The notes beneath the pieces were generated by a model. The model searched no databases, was not told the origin of the DNA, and saw only the letters and a list, made by a program, of their open reading frames with translations. A stretch of 64,000 bases of DNA from Paragordius varius (taxonomy: Eukaryota > Animalia > Nematomorpha), in the NCBI GenBank assembly GCA_964247055.1, contig OZ176054.1, positions 1,302,001 through 1,366,000 on the forward strand. The letters are read 5' to 3'. Below, one piece after another: positions 26,700 through 39,207 of the stretch; within the stretch, counting starts at the first letter, position 1, and each line of letters opens with the position of its first letter. Position numbers and translations under genes: made by a program.

Positions 26700-26820
26700 T
26701 TTAAAGGCCACACTCGCCTTCACAGGGCTGACAGTGATGATTTCGTAGTTTGGGGGTTTGAACTCTAGCACGCACTGTAAGATTCTGGCGCCCTACCTAC
26801 TATACCGTCACGCCTCCTCT
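26700..26820 (-). mobile_element. tRNA-derived SINE or degenerate tRNA-like sequence
   Basis: Minus strand GGAGGCGTGACGGTATAGTAGG...GAGTTCAAACCCC has A-box-like and B-box-like motifs at tRNA spacing in a GC-richer island. A cloverleaf could not be built convincingly. Confidence 0.4.
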
Positions 26821-26991
26821 ACATTAGAAAAAAGAATGCGAATAAACAATATATTAAACAGCTGTCTTGATTATTTTTACTATTTAATGCTTGATGTTTT
26901 ATTTTTATAGGGTAAACTTTAATATAAAATATAATCATAAAATCCGGATATACAATATATGAACCAACTTGTGTATGACCAACTTTAAAGG

Positions 26992-27083
26992 TTTATGGAC
27001 AATCTGGGATAATGTATGTAGTCCTTTAAAAAATAAAATAATTTATGGACAATCTGGGAGTAGTCCTTTAAAAAATAAAATAA
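26992..27083. repeat. Short imperfect tandem duplication (about 40-50 bp)
   Basis: tttatggacaatctggga...gtagtcctttaaaaaataaaataa occurs twice (26992 and 27042). Confidence 0.7.
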
Positions 27084-30000
27084 AGTATGTATGAACTTGA
27101 ATTTTTTCATATATTAGAAACAATAAATCAAGGAACACACTAATAGCTATAATCGACAACAATTACAATAAAGTTATGATCAAATCTTGATACAATCTAA
27201 AACCTTAAGGGTTAGAGAAATGAATAAACTTTGCTAATATCAAAAAGTTAAAATATGCAATCATTAGTGTTGGTTTAGCTATAAAACACCAGCTGTGCTT
27301 ATTTGATACAGATCCCATTTTGATTATCATACAGCAAATGACAAACACACCTGGCTGATTTTGACAAAACTAGCCTCTTTTCTTTGATCATCAATTATTA
27401 TATTAAATTTTGTGTCTGAAAAAATAACATTTGCGGCACTCTTTACTATCACTAGAAAAGGTGTATGTTTGGACTAGAAGCTTATGTATGCTCTATCGAT
27501 TAAACATCAAACAAGGATTCGGAATATTGAAAGTTATGATTTCATGGGAAGGAGTGTGACATAAAACGCATAATTTATTCCATACATCATTCAAAAAACC
27601 TGGATAGGCTAGAAGACTAACAGTAAAATAATGTTCCGTCTCACATGGCATTCAAGTTTTATCAGAGCAGGAGCCAAATATGTAGATGCCCATTTGATTA
27701 CCTTTAATTGCATGTCCAAATCATTTTCCAAATAAAATATAAATTTCCAACTATTATTTTTATTTAGATGATTTTAATTTTTCGTTACCCTATTTCAAAC
27801 TCAATAATAGAAAATTCTGATGAAATTTATATATGCCGTTACATTATTTAAAGTGCTCTTGGTAAGAGGCATATAAATAATTTAAGTAAAAAAACACTTT
27901 TGTTTTCACTATATCAAAAAATTGTAAATCGTTTATCTTTATTTCTTGTAATCAGTCATTGAGCCTTATTATAAAGTATCATATGTTTAAAAAACGAAAT
28001 GCTTCCTTCTAACTATTAATAACATTTATAGAAATTAAAAGCTAGTTTGTCCATTGAATTTTATATTTTGGAGTATTCTACGGTTGTTGTCGCCATGTTT
28101 ATAATATAAGCTAAATTAGTATGCTATTATAATTCAAAATATTGTATTTTATTGTATTTAAATAATCGTTTTAATAAAATCCATTTGAGCTTTCCCTTAG
28201 AATATTTGGGGATTTTTTTACATGACAACTATATATTAAAAAAAAATTAATCAATAAATCGATGTAAAAAACCTGGTAAATTTTATGGAAAAAGTTTTCA
28301 CCTATTACCTCGTTTCCAACATACTTCATAATAGGTTATACGTTTCAAAAAATTTGTTAATAAACGTGCTAAACATTATTTGAATGGTTTTATTATATAA
28401 TGTCCAAATAATTTTACTAAAATTTAAGAGCTTATCTACGAATACTCCCGTATATTAATGCACCAAACCAAGCAAAGAAAACACGCTCTACGATGATATT
28501 TTTAATAAGGGTGGAAATGGTTTTCAGTCAACTATAATTTAAAACAATTTCTGTAAACTCGCCAAGTTTTTCCGCTCAGGTAAAATTAGGGTCATGACAT
28601 TTTGTTTAAACGAGTTTTTGAATTCTAAATGATGAATAAATAAGTTAACTAAGTCAAGGTTTAAAAATCACGTGCAAAACAATGAATAACCACCATTAAC
28701 AATTAAAATTCATTCTTGAAATTTTTTAAAATTTCCTCGAACACGAATCATACTTAAGGTAATTTTAAGAAATCATATAAAATATATTTTTGGAATATTT
28801 CAATTGTTATGCTTTATTAATTTTTATGCGTCCTCTTTATCTGTTCAAGAATGCATTTTGATTCGTGATATATCATTCAAAATAGTAGTGAAAACTTAAT
28901 GCATGTTAATATGTTTTACATTTACATCAATAATTAACAATGGACATAGGAAACAAACCCATGAAACAAAAGCCTGATCCTCATTAAATATATTTAACTA
29001 ATCGATGTAAATAGCTCAAACTTTGTGTACAATGATTTAAAAAATATAAAACAAAAAAGTTTTTTTTAAACCAAAAGCTTTTTAATTTATTTTTTTTACT
29101 CATAAATCATAATTATATTAAAATAATTTATATTATTTTTAAATTAGTTTTTTACAATATTTTGAGTTTATTCTGACTATTAAGAGCCATTACATCACAT
29201 TGATTTAAATGACTTACTACCATTTGAAGATTCAATCTTTTGCACTATCTAAAAAATTTTGAGTTTAAAGTTGAATTGGGGCCAAAAAATTTCGATAAAC
29301 ACCAAGAAAAAATTTTGGGTATTAGACCATTTTTTTATACTATTTATGTCCTTCAATGTAATAAATTAAAATGGCACTTAATAGTCAAAGTTGTCTATAT
29401 TTATCGAACTGGCCACTTATTTTATTAATGTTACAACCCGTTGTTTGAAAATAAATAGAATATTTGATTCTATACCATCTTTACACAATTTTGACCAAGT
29501 AATGTTAATTTCAATTTTGGAAAGACATCTGATGTGTGATATTGTCATAAAATTATAAAAATATTATACCGACGCCCATAAATATGTGTCTCAAAAAGAA
29601 TTTATCTGGCTATATGTGATTGTCATACACCTCAGGTGCAAATGTAACACTTTTGTTCATATTCGAATTCATGGCGCAAGTAATGTAACTATAAAATAAT
29701 AGTTTGTTTCCCAAAATACTGTAATAAAGTATCCCTATAATATTAACAAATATTGTTGTCCGGAAAGTGTAAAATCCACAACCAGCTTAAGTAATAATTA
29801 TATTATTAATTTTTGAAAAAAAATCAAGTTAATATTAAATTTTTTTATTTTATATAAGAACTATATATTGAGACCATTATTCAAAATAACTTTACAGGGT
29901 GGTAGTAGAACTATAGCTAATCCATATTTGTACTTTAAGTTCGAATTGGGTCTATACAACCCACACAAAGTTTAAGTTGATATTAAACTAAAACTGTTTA

Positions 30001-30634
30001 AATTTAAGCTTCTATTCTAATTAAAATTTTATATAAATAAGCCAAATTCATAAAGTTTAGATTTAAAATAAGTTTCATATCAAACTAGTTCGATGCTATT
30101 TTTATTTTAGAACATTATATTGAAACATGTATATTTGACTTTAAAATAAATCTATTTTTTTAATTCACAAACATTGATCAAAAGAGAAAAAATAGTTTTT
30201 TCATTACTTTATTTAGTCATTGGACATGTATTGGCTAAATTGTTATGTAGTTCTACGAAATGAGTAATATGAAGTATTTTCTAAATTTTTTTATAATTTG
30301 ATTCATCAATGTTATACTCGTACAAACTTTTCCTATGGTTTCGATTTGTGCCATATTCTTAGAAATATTTAAACAGGCTTGGGATCCCCAAAGACCCAAT
30401 TTGAGTCGGAAGACTGATATTCAGCTATGCTTGAAATTTTAAGAGAATTTACATGGCTGGTTATTTCTTTGTTCATTTTAATGTTTTTATACGCTAAAAG
30501 CGATATCTATATTACATGATAAAATCAGTTACCCTATTAACAGCGCTAAGAATTTATTAATGATTTTGCTCGTTGCCAATTTTAGCTAATTTTGGGAATA
30601 ATTGATAGTTTAGTCTAACTTCTTCTCGATTATG

Positions 30635-33400
30635 GGGATAATAATAATAATTACATTATATGATTCCCTCTTTCGAGCAGTCACACGTAAGCTATTTCGC
30701 CATCTGTCTATGGCGTCATCGTGTTTTAGGTTCAGTTTTGCCATGTCCCTCTTAATTGTTTCTATCCATCGCGTTTTAGGTCGCCCTCTTCCCCTCTTAC
30801 CTTTCACAATATAATAATCAATCTTTTTACCAATGTAATTATTATCTCTTCTTTCTACATGTCCAAACCATCTTAGACGATTTACCATAATCTTGCGTTA
30901 CTGGTTTAATTTTCGTACCTCCAATTATGTAGACATTTCTCTTGTCATTCCTCATTACACCGCACATTAATCTAAGCATTCTCATTGCAGTAACCTCAAC
31001 ACGCTCTGTTCTGATTTCTTTATTGCCCATGTCTGTGAGTTGTACATCATTGTTGGCTATATAACAGCACTGTTAATCTTACCCCTGACTTTTAGGCCAA
31101 TATTTTTATTGCACAATACATTTGAGAACTTTTTATAATTTGCCCAACTATTTCGAATTCTTAAATTTATATCAGTTAAAGAACCATCTGTTGCTAAAAT
31201 CGCTCCTAATGCATTCCTCCAGACTTTTTAATACCCACCCTTCTAAATGCAATTCTCGTTTTTTCCCACCGAAATTTATAAGTTCCGTTTTCTTTTTATT
31301 AACTTTTAAACCGCATCGTAGTAACATATCCCATTTACCCACCAATCCTTGAAATTCATGCAACTCGTCTGACAGCACTATTAGGTCGTCTGCATAAAAA
31401 ATACCAGTATCCATGTTGCCCCATTTTTAAAATTTACTCCATGCATACTATAAGTAGTAACGGACCGATTTTTGACCCCTGATAGGCGGTTTGACTTATT
31501 TCGATAGGATGTGAAACTTCCTGGTATGTTTTAACTTTGGTATGGTGTGACTCGTACATGCTTTTTAGAATTTTATGTAACTTTCAGGAACATTTTTTTG
31601 CCTTAAGCACCACCATATTCTATTCCGTGGTATTCTGTCAAACGCCTTTTCAATACAATTAAAATACCATGCAACTATATGCTTTTCAATTATACTTCTT
31701 ACTGCGTGAATCGGATCAATGGTGGATTTTCCTGGAATAAAACCAAATTGATTACCCTCTATACTAACCATTTTTCTCATTCGTTTCTCTAGTACTTTCT
31801 CAAATAACTTCATTGTATGCCACATCAAACTTATCCCTCTGTAATTATTGCAATCGCTAACACCTTTATCTTTAATAATAAGAAAAGTGCAACCCTTCTT
31901 CCATTCGGTTGGTATCATACCTGTAGTAACTACATTATTAAAAATATCCCTCAAAAATTCAATACCTTTCTCTGAAATTATTTTCAAACAGTATATAATA
32001 ATATGGTCTGGACCTGCAGCGTTATTTATAGACATCTCTTCTAAACCAGCCTGGATTTCTTCTTTTGTTATACTTTCAATATACGCAGATGTATAATCTG
32101 GTGTTTAGGGTTGTCACTGACGCCCAATTCAAGGTCCTCCCCCTTTTCAATGTTTTCGCTTCCTCAACGAGTTATTTTCCCTTTTTATCTTCAATAGCGG
32201 TCGCGTAGAGGGCAGTCCAGCTTTCGTCTGTGTCTTAGTCGAACAATTATATAAACTTTGTTTAGACCTAGCTTACTCTTTAACTCCTCATATAATGATG
32301 CCGTCTTTTCCTTTTTCACCAATCTTACAAGCCTTTAAAGCTCCTTATTAATCCTTTTACATTTTTCCTTGTCTTCCGCATGGTGGGTTAACCTCCACAT
32401 TTTAAAAGCTTTACTTTTCTCTCGCGATTTCAGAATTATTTTTTCGTCTTTCAGCCATGCCTCTCTATAAACCTGATTTTTACCACCTTTCATTCCACAC
32501 ACCTTAACTCCCGCCTCTCTATTGCCACATGAGATTAAACACTTCCGAATCGCGGTTCCTGTCTAGCATGCCTACCGTTTCTACAAATCGTTCTTTACTG
32601 TTTCTTAAGGAATCAAATTTAATCACCTTCGGCGCTATAAACTTATATTTTTTAACTATTATCTGTCATATATTTACACAAAAAATATATTATGTTGTGT
32701 GCTTATCTGCAAGTTAGGTGTGACTTTGCAGTCCACAACAAACTTAAAAACTCCTGCGGTACCAGAATATAATCGATTTGTGACTTCTTATTTCTACTTT
32801 CGTTGGTAGTTAAATAGCTATCCCTTTTAGTAAAAAAGGTGTTTGTTATAGCTAAGTTATAAAATTGAGCAAATTTTAATAAACTAGACCCTTTTTCATT
32901 TATAACCCCGTAACCTTTTCCGCTGTCCTATTTTGTCCCACATGGCCATTGAAATCACCACAAAATATTATTTCTCTGTCTTTCGTTAATGAAGTCTTTC
33001 TGTGTCTAGCAAATTAATTTATCCTTTTCAGGTTTAGTTAACCCTATCTGAAACGCTTTGTAAAAACCCTCTTATTTAACAGGTCGACACTTATAACTCT
33101 ACTGTCAGCACGTCTAACATCAATTACTTGAGTGGCAAATCATGGACACACTATTATGGTGACCCCAGTTATAACCTGAATAAAACATTTTATAGTTACC
33201 ATCTAATGTTTTAGTGCTGTTTCCACGGTATCTGTCCTGAATGCACAAAAAATTACCTTTTTACCCTCATAGTTTCAACTAAATCATATAACTTACTTCT
33301 TAACTCAACATTTATACTGGCAAAACACACTCTGCAACCTTCCGTATCTCTACTGGCCCCTACCTCCGTGTAGCGATTGGCCAGGTCTGGCCTGGACGCC
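30635..33400 (-). mobile_element. Degenerate RTE LINE, copy B (same insertion as 3185-5960)
   Basis: Same position in the unit, same motifs (YADDL, QFGFIPGKS, RLRWFGHV) and largely the same disruptions. Confidence 0.9.
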
Positions 33401-33965
33401 TTACAAAAAAACCTATAAAAATCAAAAATACAATTAATAAGAATAATTATAATGGATAAAATAAACACTAAAACACATACTAACTAATATTTAAATGTAA
33501 CCAAAAAATGAAACCAAAAATTAAACCAAAATAAAATAGATAAATTAATATATCAATAAATAAAAATAAAAAATTACTCATTTATGATATTTTTATTCTA
33601 TGCGTAAAATGATTTTATTTTTTTATTGAAAATACCCAAATTAATTATAATTGACCTCAAAAAATCATGAAGCAAGGGCCTGGTAAAGTGGATTCTAAAC
33701 ATATCATATCTTAGGTTTTATTGTAACAATTTCTCTTAAATTTGGCGAGTCCATTAAATCTATAAAAGGATGTTAGACGTACCTTTTTGAATAATTATTG
33801 CATCAACGCTTTTCTGCTCATTCTAAATATGCCTCAAATAATAAATGTAATCTGTGGAGTTATTATTAGCTTATTGTTAACTATGTATATTTAGGCTAAT
33901 TCCAATCTTTTTAATCTATTGATCAATGATAAAAATTAAAAATTTCGCAACAAAATTGATTATAC

Positions 33966-35176
33966 CTGGATGGATATTGGTGTAGGATGGTTCTCCATCA
34001 ACCATCTCAATGCAAATGATGCGCAGGGTTTTTGCAGGCTCAAAATAATCACCAGCTCCCTCTTGCGGATAAAAAGTACTGTGGTAAACATATAAAAAAA
34101 GAAAATATTTTCTATAATCTACAGTTAAGGGGTTTATAGTGTCGCTTCATTTATTTAATATTAAACTATTTTACCATAATAGTGAAATGGATAATATCGA
34201 ATTATTTAAATTATACTTGAATATTATTAATAAAACCACCCCAGTTTGTTTTATATTTTATTAATATATTTTTTTAATTACCTGATTCATCTATGGGTTG
34301 TTCTTGCTTTGCATCAAGAAATGCGTAACGTAAATTAACATGTAATAAACATCACTTTTTTAAGATTATTTGCCTAAACTATATTAAGGCTATTTTAACA
34401 GATCCTTTAAAATGAATAAAATAAAAAATGCGATTTAAATGAAGTATTTGGTATTGGGTAAATATCTTGTAGGCACAAAAACCGCCATTGTCTTTCTATA
34501 TGAGTGAAAAACTTATACCCAATTAATCTCTAAGTTAAGACTTTTGAGAAAAGATACACCATTTATTCTAAAGTTTTCTTAATTTTTTAAGAATATTTCT
34601 TTATATAATATTTATTGGTTGTGTGTACTTTGTACAAGCATATTTAACACAATTAAACCATTATGGTTATGATGCAAATCTAAATCAAAAATAAAATTCT
34701 TAAAAGCGATGTTTTATAAAAATGGTTTTCTTTTGACATATTACCCATGTTTACAACTAATTTACATGTTTAAACAGCAAAATTTACCAATACCGTAACA
34801 GAAAATGTTTTTTATCTATTTTATAGGTTTATTACCTGGACCGGGACGACGCTTTTTACGGAACACTTTTCTCAAGGTTGCTAACCAGCTCTTCCCATGC
34901 TCCCCGTCAACCTCGCCATCTAAACAATAATTAATCAGCATTAGGATGAATTAAACTTGCACACTTAAAAACAAGCAAGAAATATTTAAAGAATCTTACC
35001 CGGAGGATCCACTCTCCTCTTCCGGAAGAACCCCCACCGTTTCTTCCACTGGGGACAACAGGCCCGATTCCTCCTCTAATCAGCTGTTGTCCCCTCATCA
35101 CTATGATTCCTCCCAATCACTCTTTCTGCTTCTCCTTCAACACGAAAACTACCACAACAACAACACAGCGTTAAAT
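33966..35176 (-). pseudogene. Internally deleted kinase paralog (exons 1-4 fused to the end of exon 11), left arm of fold-back B
   Basis: Minus strand: exon 1 part, intron, exon 2, exon 3 (34282-34314), exon 4 (34028-34090, YHSTFYPQEGAGDYFEPAKT), running directly into [20 protein letters not shown] (33966-34027) and a gtataa donor. The exon 3 and exon 4 acceptors are mutated to TG. Confidence 0.85.
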
Positions 35177-36760
35177 GTGATGAGGGGACGTCAGGGGATT
35201 CTGGAAAGAATCGTAAGGGCTGCTGTGCCAAGTGGAAGAAACGGTGGGGGTTCTTCCTGGAAGAGGAGAGTAGATCCTCCGGGTAAGATTCTTTAAATAT
35301 TTCTTGCTTGTTTTTAAGTGTGCAAGTTTAATTCATTCTAATGCTGATTAATTATTGTTTAGATGGCGAGGAGAATGTCGGGGGTGGCAAGAGCTGGCTG
35401 GGAACTTAAGAAAAGTGTTCCGTAAGAAGCGGCATCCCGGTCTATGTAATAAACCTATAAAATTAATTACAAACACATTGTCTATTACGGTATTGGTAAA
35501 TTTTGCTGTTCAAACATGTAAATTAGTCTTGTAAACATGAGTGTCAGAAAACCTTTCAAAACCCTTTTAAAAAATTTATCTTTGGTTTAGATTTGCTTCA
35601 TAACCATAATTTAATTAAATTGTACAAAGTTACCTTACACAACTAATAAATAGAATGCTAAGAAGAAATATTATTAAAAAATCAAGAAAACTTGTTGATA
35701 AATGGTTTATCATTCAAAAGTTTAGACTTAGAGATAAATTAGATTTTTATGTTTTTCATTCATATAGGAAAGGCGCGTTTGTACCTACATGATTTTTAGC
35801 TAATATCAAATAAATCAAATTAATCTCATTTTTTGTTTAATTCATCCCAACGTTATCTGTTATAAGATAATTTAGCTAAATTGTATTAAAAAAAGATAAT
35901 ATAAGTTTTGCATTGATGTTTATCACAAGTTTATTTACGTTACGCATTTCTAGATGCAAAGCAAGAACAACCCATAGATGAATCAGATAGTTATAAAATT
36001 ATATTAAGAATAAAATATATAACAAACTGGGGTGTTTTTATTAAAGGATATTTCTAACTTAACTAAATATATGAACACTTCGATTCAATTTGGGGTATCT
36101 AAATACCCAAGACTAAATTTGAATTCGGATTTTTTAAAAACTACTGAAAGAAACGGTCCCAATTTAAATTTATGCTTCTATCCTAATAAAAATTATATAG
36201 ATATGCCGAAATATCTAAATAAAATTTTCTTTTGAAAAAAAAGTTCTATGTCAAACTACTTTGACGCCATTTTCATTTTACAAAAATTTTGCAAAATATC
36301 GTCTTCATTTACTTTGAAGGGTAATATTAAAGCAATTTTTTTATTTAAATTACATCTAACATTGATAGAAATAGAAAAAGCGTTATTCCGTTGTATTTTT
36401 CAATTTTACCATTCCACACATGTCACGTTGACGAAATTTCTACCTCTCGGTTTTTAGCCAATAGGTAATATTAAGTATTTTTAAATAAATTTTTTATATA
36501 TTTCAGTTTATTATTATATAAATGCAATATTTTGCTATGGTTTCGATTTCTTCCATATTTTTGAAACAATTTAATTATACAGGCCTGGAGTATTTAACTA
36601 CTCCATAAAAAAGGTTTGATATTAAATAAATTATGCCACACTATTTTTACCACTTCCTTGTAAGCTTTTAAAAAAATAATTTCTCTTTTATTTAGCTTAC
36701 TACAGTATACATATCCGCAAGAGGAGGGCGCTGGTGATTTTTTTGAGCCTGCAAAAACAA
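34028..36760. repeat. Long inverted repeat (fold-back B) with a 140-bp near-perfect core
   Basis: 34911-35050 is the reverse complement of 35231-35371 except for one extra base and two substitutions. Inner loop is 35102-35176. Outer arms include exon 3 and exon 4 homologs on both sides; a roughly 540-bp insertion lies at 36070-36610. Confidence 0.9.
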
Positions 36761-36920
36761 GTAGATTGTAATTATATTGTAATATTTTTTTTTGAAAATT
36801 ATTTCATATATCTAAACAAACAATTTTAAATAAATGAATTTTAGAGTATATTAATTTCATATGTAATAGTAAACAAGATATCGGTTAGCATAACTTCACC
36901 TCAGTTTAATTCCGCTAAAT
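35177..36920 (+). pseudogene. Kinase-paralog 5' fragment (exon 1 part to exon 5 part), right arm of fold-back B
   Basis: Exon 3 homolog at 35954-35986 (donor mutated to AT), exon 4 at 36696-36760, exon 5 broken at ccgctaaa (about 36918) and joined to an inverted exon 2 fragment. Confidence 0.85.
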
Positions 36921-37239
36921 TTACGGAACGCTTTCTTCAAGCTTTCCAACCAGTTACTCCGACGCTCATCCTCACTCTCATCGCCATCTAAACATTAATT
37001 AATCAGCATTAAGATGAATTAAACTTGCATTAAAAGCAAGCAAGAAATTTAAAAGTCTTACCCGGCAGAACACCCACTTTTTTCTTTGGAAGAAACGCCA
37101 GCTTTTCTTTCACTTGGGACAACAGGCCTTCCGATTCCTCCTAGAATCACCTGTTGTCCCCTAATCACCATCATTCCTCCCAATCACTCTCTCCGCTTCC
37201 CCTTCAACACGACAACTACCACAACAACAACACAGCGTT
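36921..37239 (-). pseudogene. Inverted kinase exon 1-intron 1-exon 2 fragment
   Basis: The reverse complement gives TLCCCCGSCRVEGEAERVIGRNDGD, then ccgg/gtaag intron, then tttag/atggcgatgagagtgag...gcgttccgtaaa. Confidence 0.85.
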
Positions 37240-37383
37240 CCCTCATATATGGAGGTTAATAAACAGCGTCTTAGCTTATGCTTATCATCATTATTTTCAA
37301 ACATAATTTTCGGAAACGTTACTTCAGTGTACTTTCCCACAAACCTATTGTGAGGTGAATGGAAAGCTAATCGATGATTACCT
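37240..37383 (+). repeat. About 145-bp segment duplicated at 39502-39650
   Basis: cctcatatatggaggttaataaacagc.tcttagcttatgcttatcatcat...gtgaatggaaagctaatcgatgattacctc occurs at both sites. Confidence 0.75.
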
Positions 37384-37517
37384 CCAAATCTCAAAAGTGT
37401 CTTTTGTAAAATTAATTATTCCAACATATAGGGATTGATTTTAATATTTAGAAACGGTAATTTGATGTTTCTAGAAATTTGAACTGGTGATTTGAAGCAT
37501 AAAAGTGTTTTTATGTT

Positions 37518-38884
37518 ATGAACTTTGAATTTTTAACGCTGTGTTGCTGTTGTTGTAGTAGTTGTCGTGTTGAAGGGGAAGCGGAAAGAGTGTTTGGGAG
37601 AAATGTTGGTGATGAGGGGACGTCAGGGGATTCTGGAAGAATCGCACGGGCTGTTGTGCCAAGTGGAAGAAAAAGTTGAATTTCTTCCGAAAAAAGCAAG
37701 TGGGTGTTCTGCCGGGTAAAACTTTTTAAATTTTTTGCTTGCTTTTAATGCAAGTTTAATTCATCTGTTGCTTAATTAATGTTTAGATGGCGAGGTTAAG
37801 AGTGAGGGTGAGCGTCGGAGTAGCTGTTTGGGAACCTTGAGAAAAGCGTTCCGTAAGCGGCATCCCGATCTAAGTGATAAACCTATAAAATAAATTACAA
37901 ACACATTGTCTATTACGGTATTGGTAAATTTTACTGTTCAAACATGTAAATTAGTCTTGTAAACATGGGTAATATATCAAAAGAAAAATCATTTTACAAA
38001 GCCCTTTTAAAAAATTTATCTTTGGTTTAGATTTGCTTCATAACCATAATTTAATTAAATATGCTTGTACAAAGTTACCTTACACAACTAATAAATAGAA
38101 TGCTAAGAAATATTCTTAAAAAATCAAGAAAACTTGTTGATAAATGGTTTATCATTTCTCAAAAGTTCAAACTTAGAGATTAAATTGAATATTTATGTTT
38201 TTCATTCATATAGGAAGAAAAACGCTTATGTACCTTCATGATTTTTAGCTAATATCAAATAAATCAAATTAATCTCATTTTTTGTTTTATTCATCCCAAC
38301 ATATCTGTTATAAGATAATTTAGCTAAATTGTATTAAAAAAAAGATATTATAAGTTTTGCTATGATGTTTTATCACAAGTTTATTTACGTTACGCATTTC
38401 TAGATGCAAAGCAAGAACAACCCATAGATGAATCAGATAGTTATAAAAAAATTATATTAAGAATAAAATATATAACAAACTGCGGTCTTTTTATTAATAG
38501 ATATTTCTAACTCAACTAAATATATTAATGTAATAAATTCGATATTCTCCATTTCGCCATCATGTTAAAAAGGTTTGATATTAAATAAATTTTGTCACAC
38601 TATTTTCACCATTTCCTTGTAAAATTTTAAAAAATTAATATCTTTTTTAGTTAGTTTACCACAGTACTTTATGTCCGCAAGAGGAGGGCGCTGGTGATTT
38701 TTTTGAGCCCGCAAAAGTAGATTATAATTATATTGTGATATTTTTTGTTTGGCAATTATTTTATACATCTAAACAATTAAATTTAAATAAATCTTGAATT
38801 TTAGAGTATTTTAATTGTAACCTTTATGTAATAGTAAACAAGAAATCGGTTAGCATAGCTTCACCTCAGTTTAACTCCGCTAAT
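37518..38884 (+). pseudogene. Kinase-paralog 5' fragment with intact ATG (exons 1-4, part of 5), frameshifted
   Basis: ATG at 37518 (MNFEFLTLCCCCCSSCRVEGEAER...). A 1-nt deletion near 37638 leads to TGA at 37677-37679. Exon 3 donor is mutated, and there is a break in exon 5 at about 38884. The block 37880-39207 repeats 35450-37239. Confidence 0.85.
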
Positions 38885-39207
38885 TTACGGAACGTTTTCT
38901 TCAAGCTTTCCAACCAGTTACTCCGACGCTCACCCTCACTCTCGCCATCTAAACATTAATTAATCAGCATTAAGATGAATTAAACTTTCATTAAAAGCAA
39001 ACAAGAAATTTAAAAAGTCTTACTCAACGGAACACCCGCTTGCTTCTTTTGGGAGAAATTCAACCTTTTCTTCCACTTGGCACAGCAGCCCTTGTGATTC
39101 CTTCCAGAATCCCCTGACGTCCTCTCCGTCACCATCATTCCTCCCAATCACTCTCTCCGCTTCCCCTTCAACACGACAACTACCACAACAACAACACAGC
39201 GTTAAAA
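38885..39207 (-). pseudogene. Inverted kinase exon 1-intron 1-exon 2 fragment (second copy)
   Basis: Near-duplicate of 36921-37239, ending in the same fold-back junction cacagcgttaaaa/gtgatgagggg as at 7193, 35176 and 60138. Confidence 0.85.

Larger units (their letters stand above)
26950..36920 (+). repeat. Tandem segmental duplication unit, copy B
   Basis: 27440-33690 is nearly identical to 1-6235 (visually the mid-90s percent). It contains an extra 33690-34200 segment that is shared with copy C and deleted in copy A. Confidence 0.9.
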
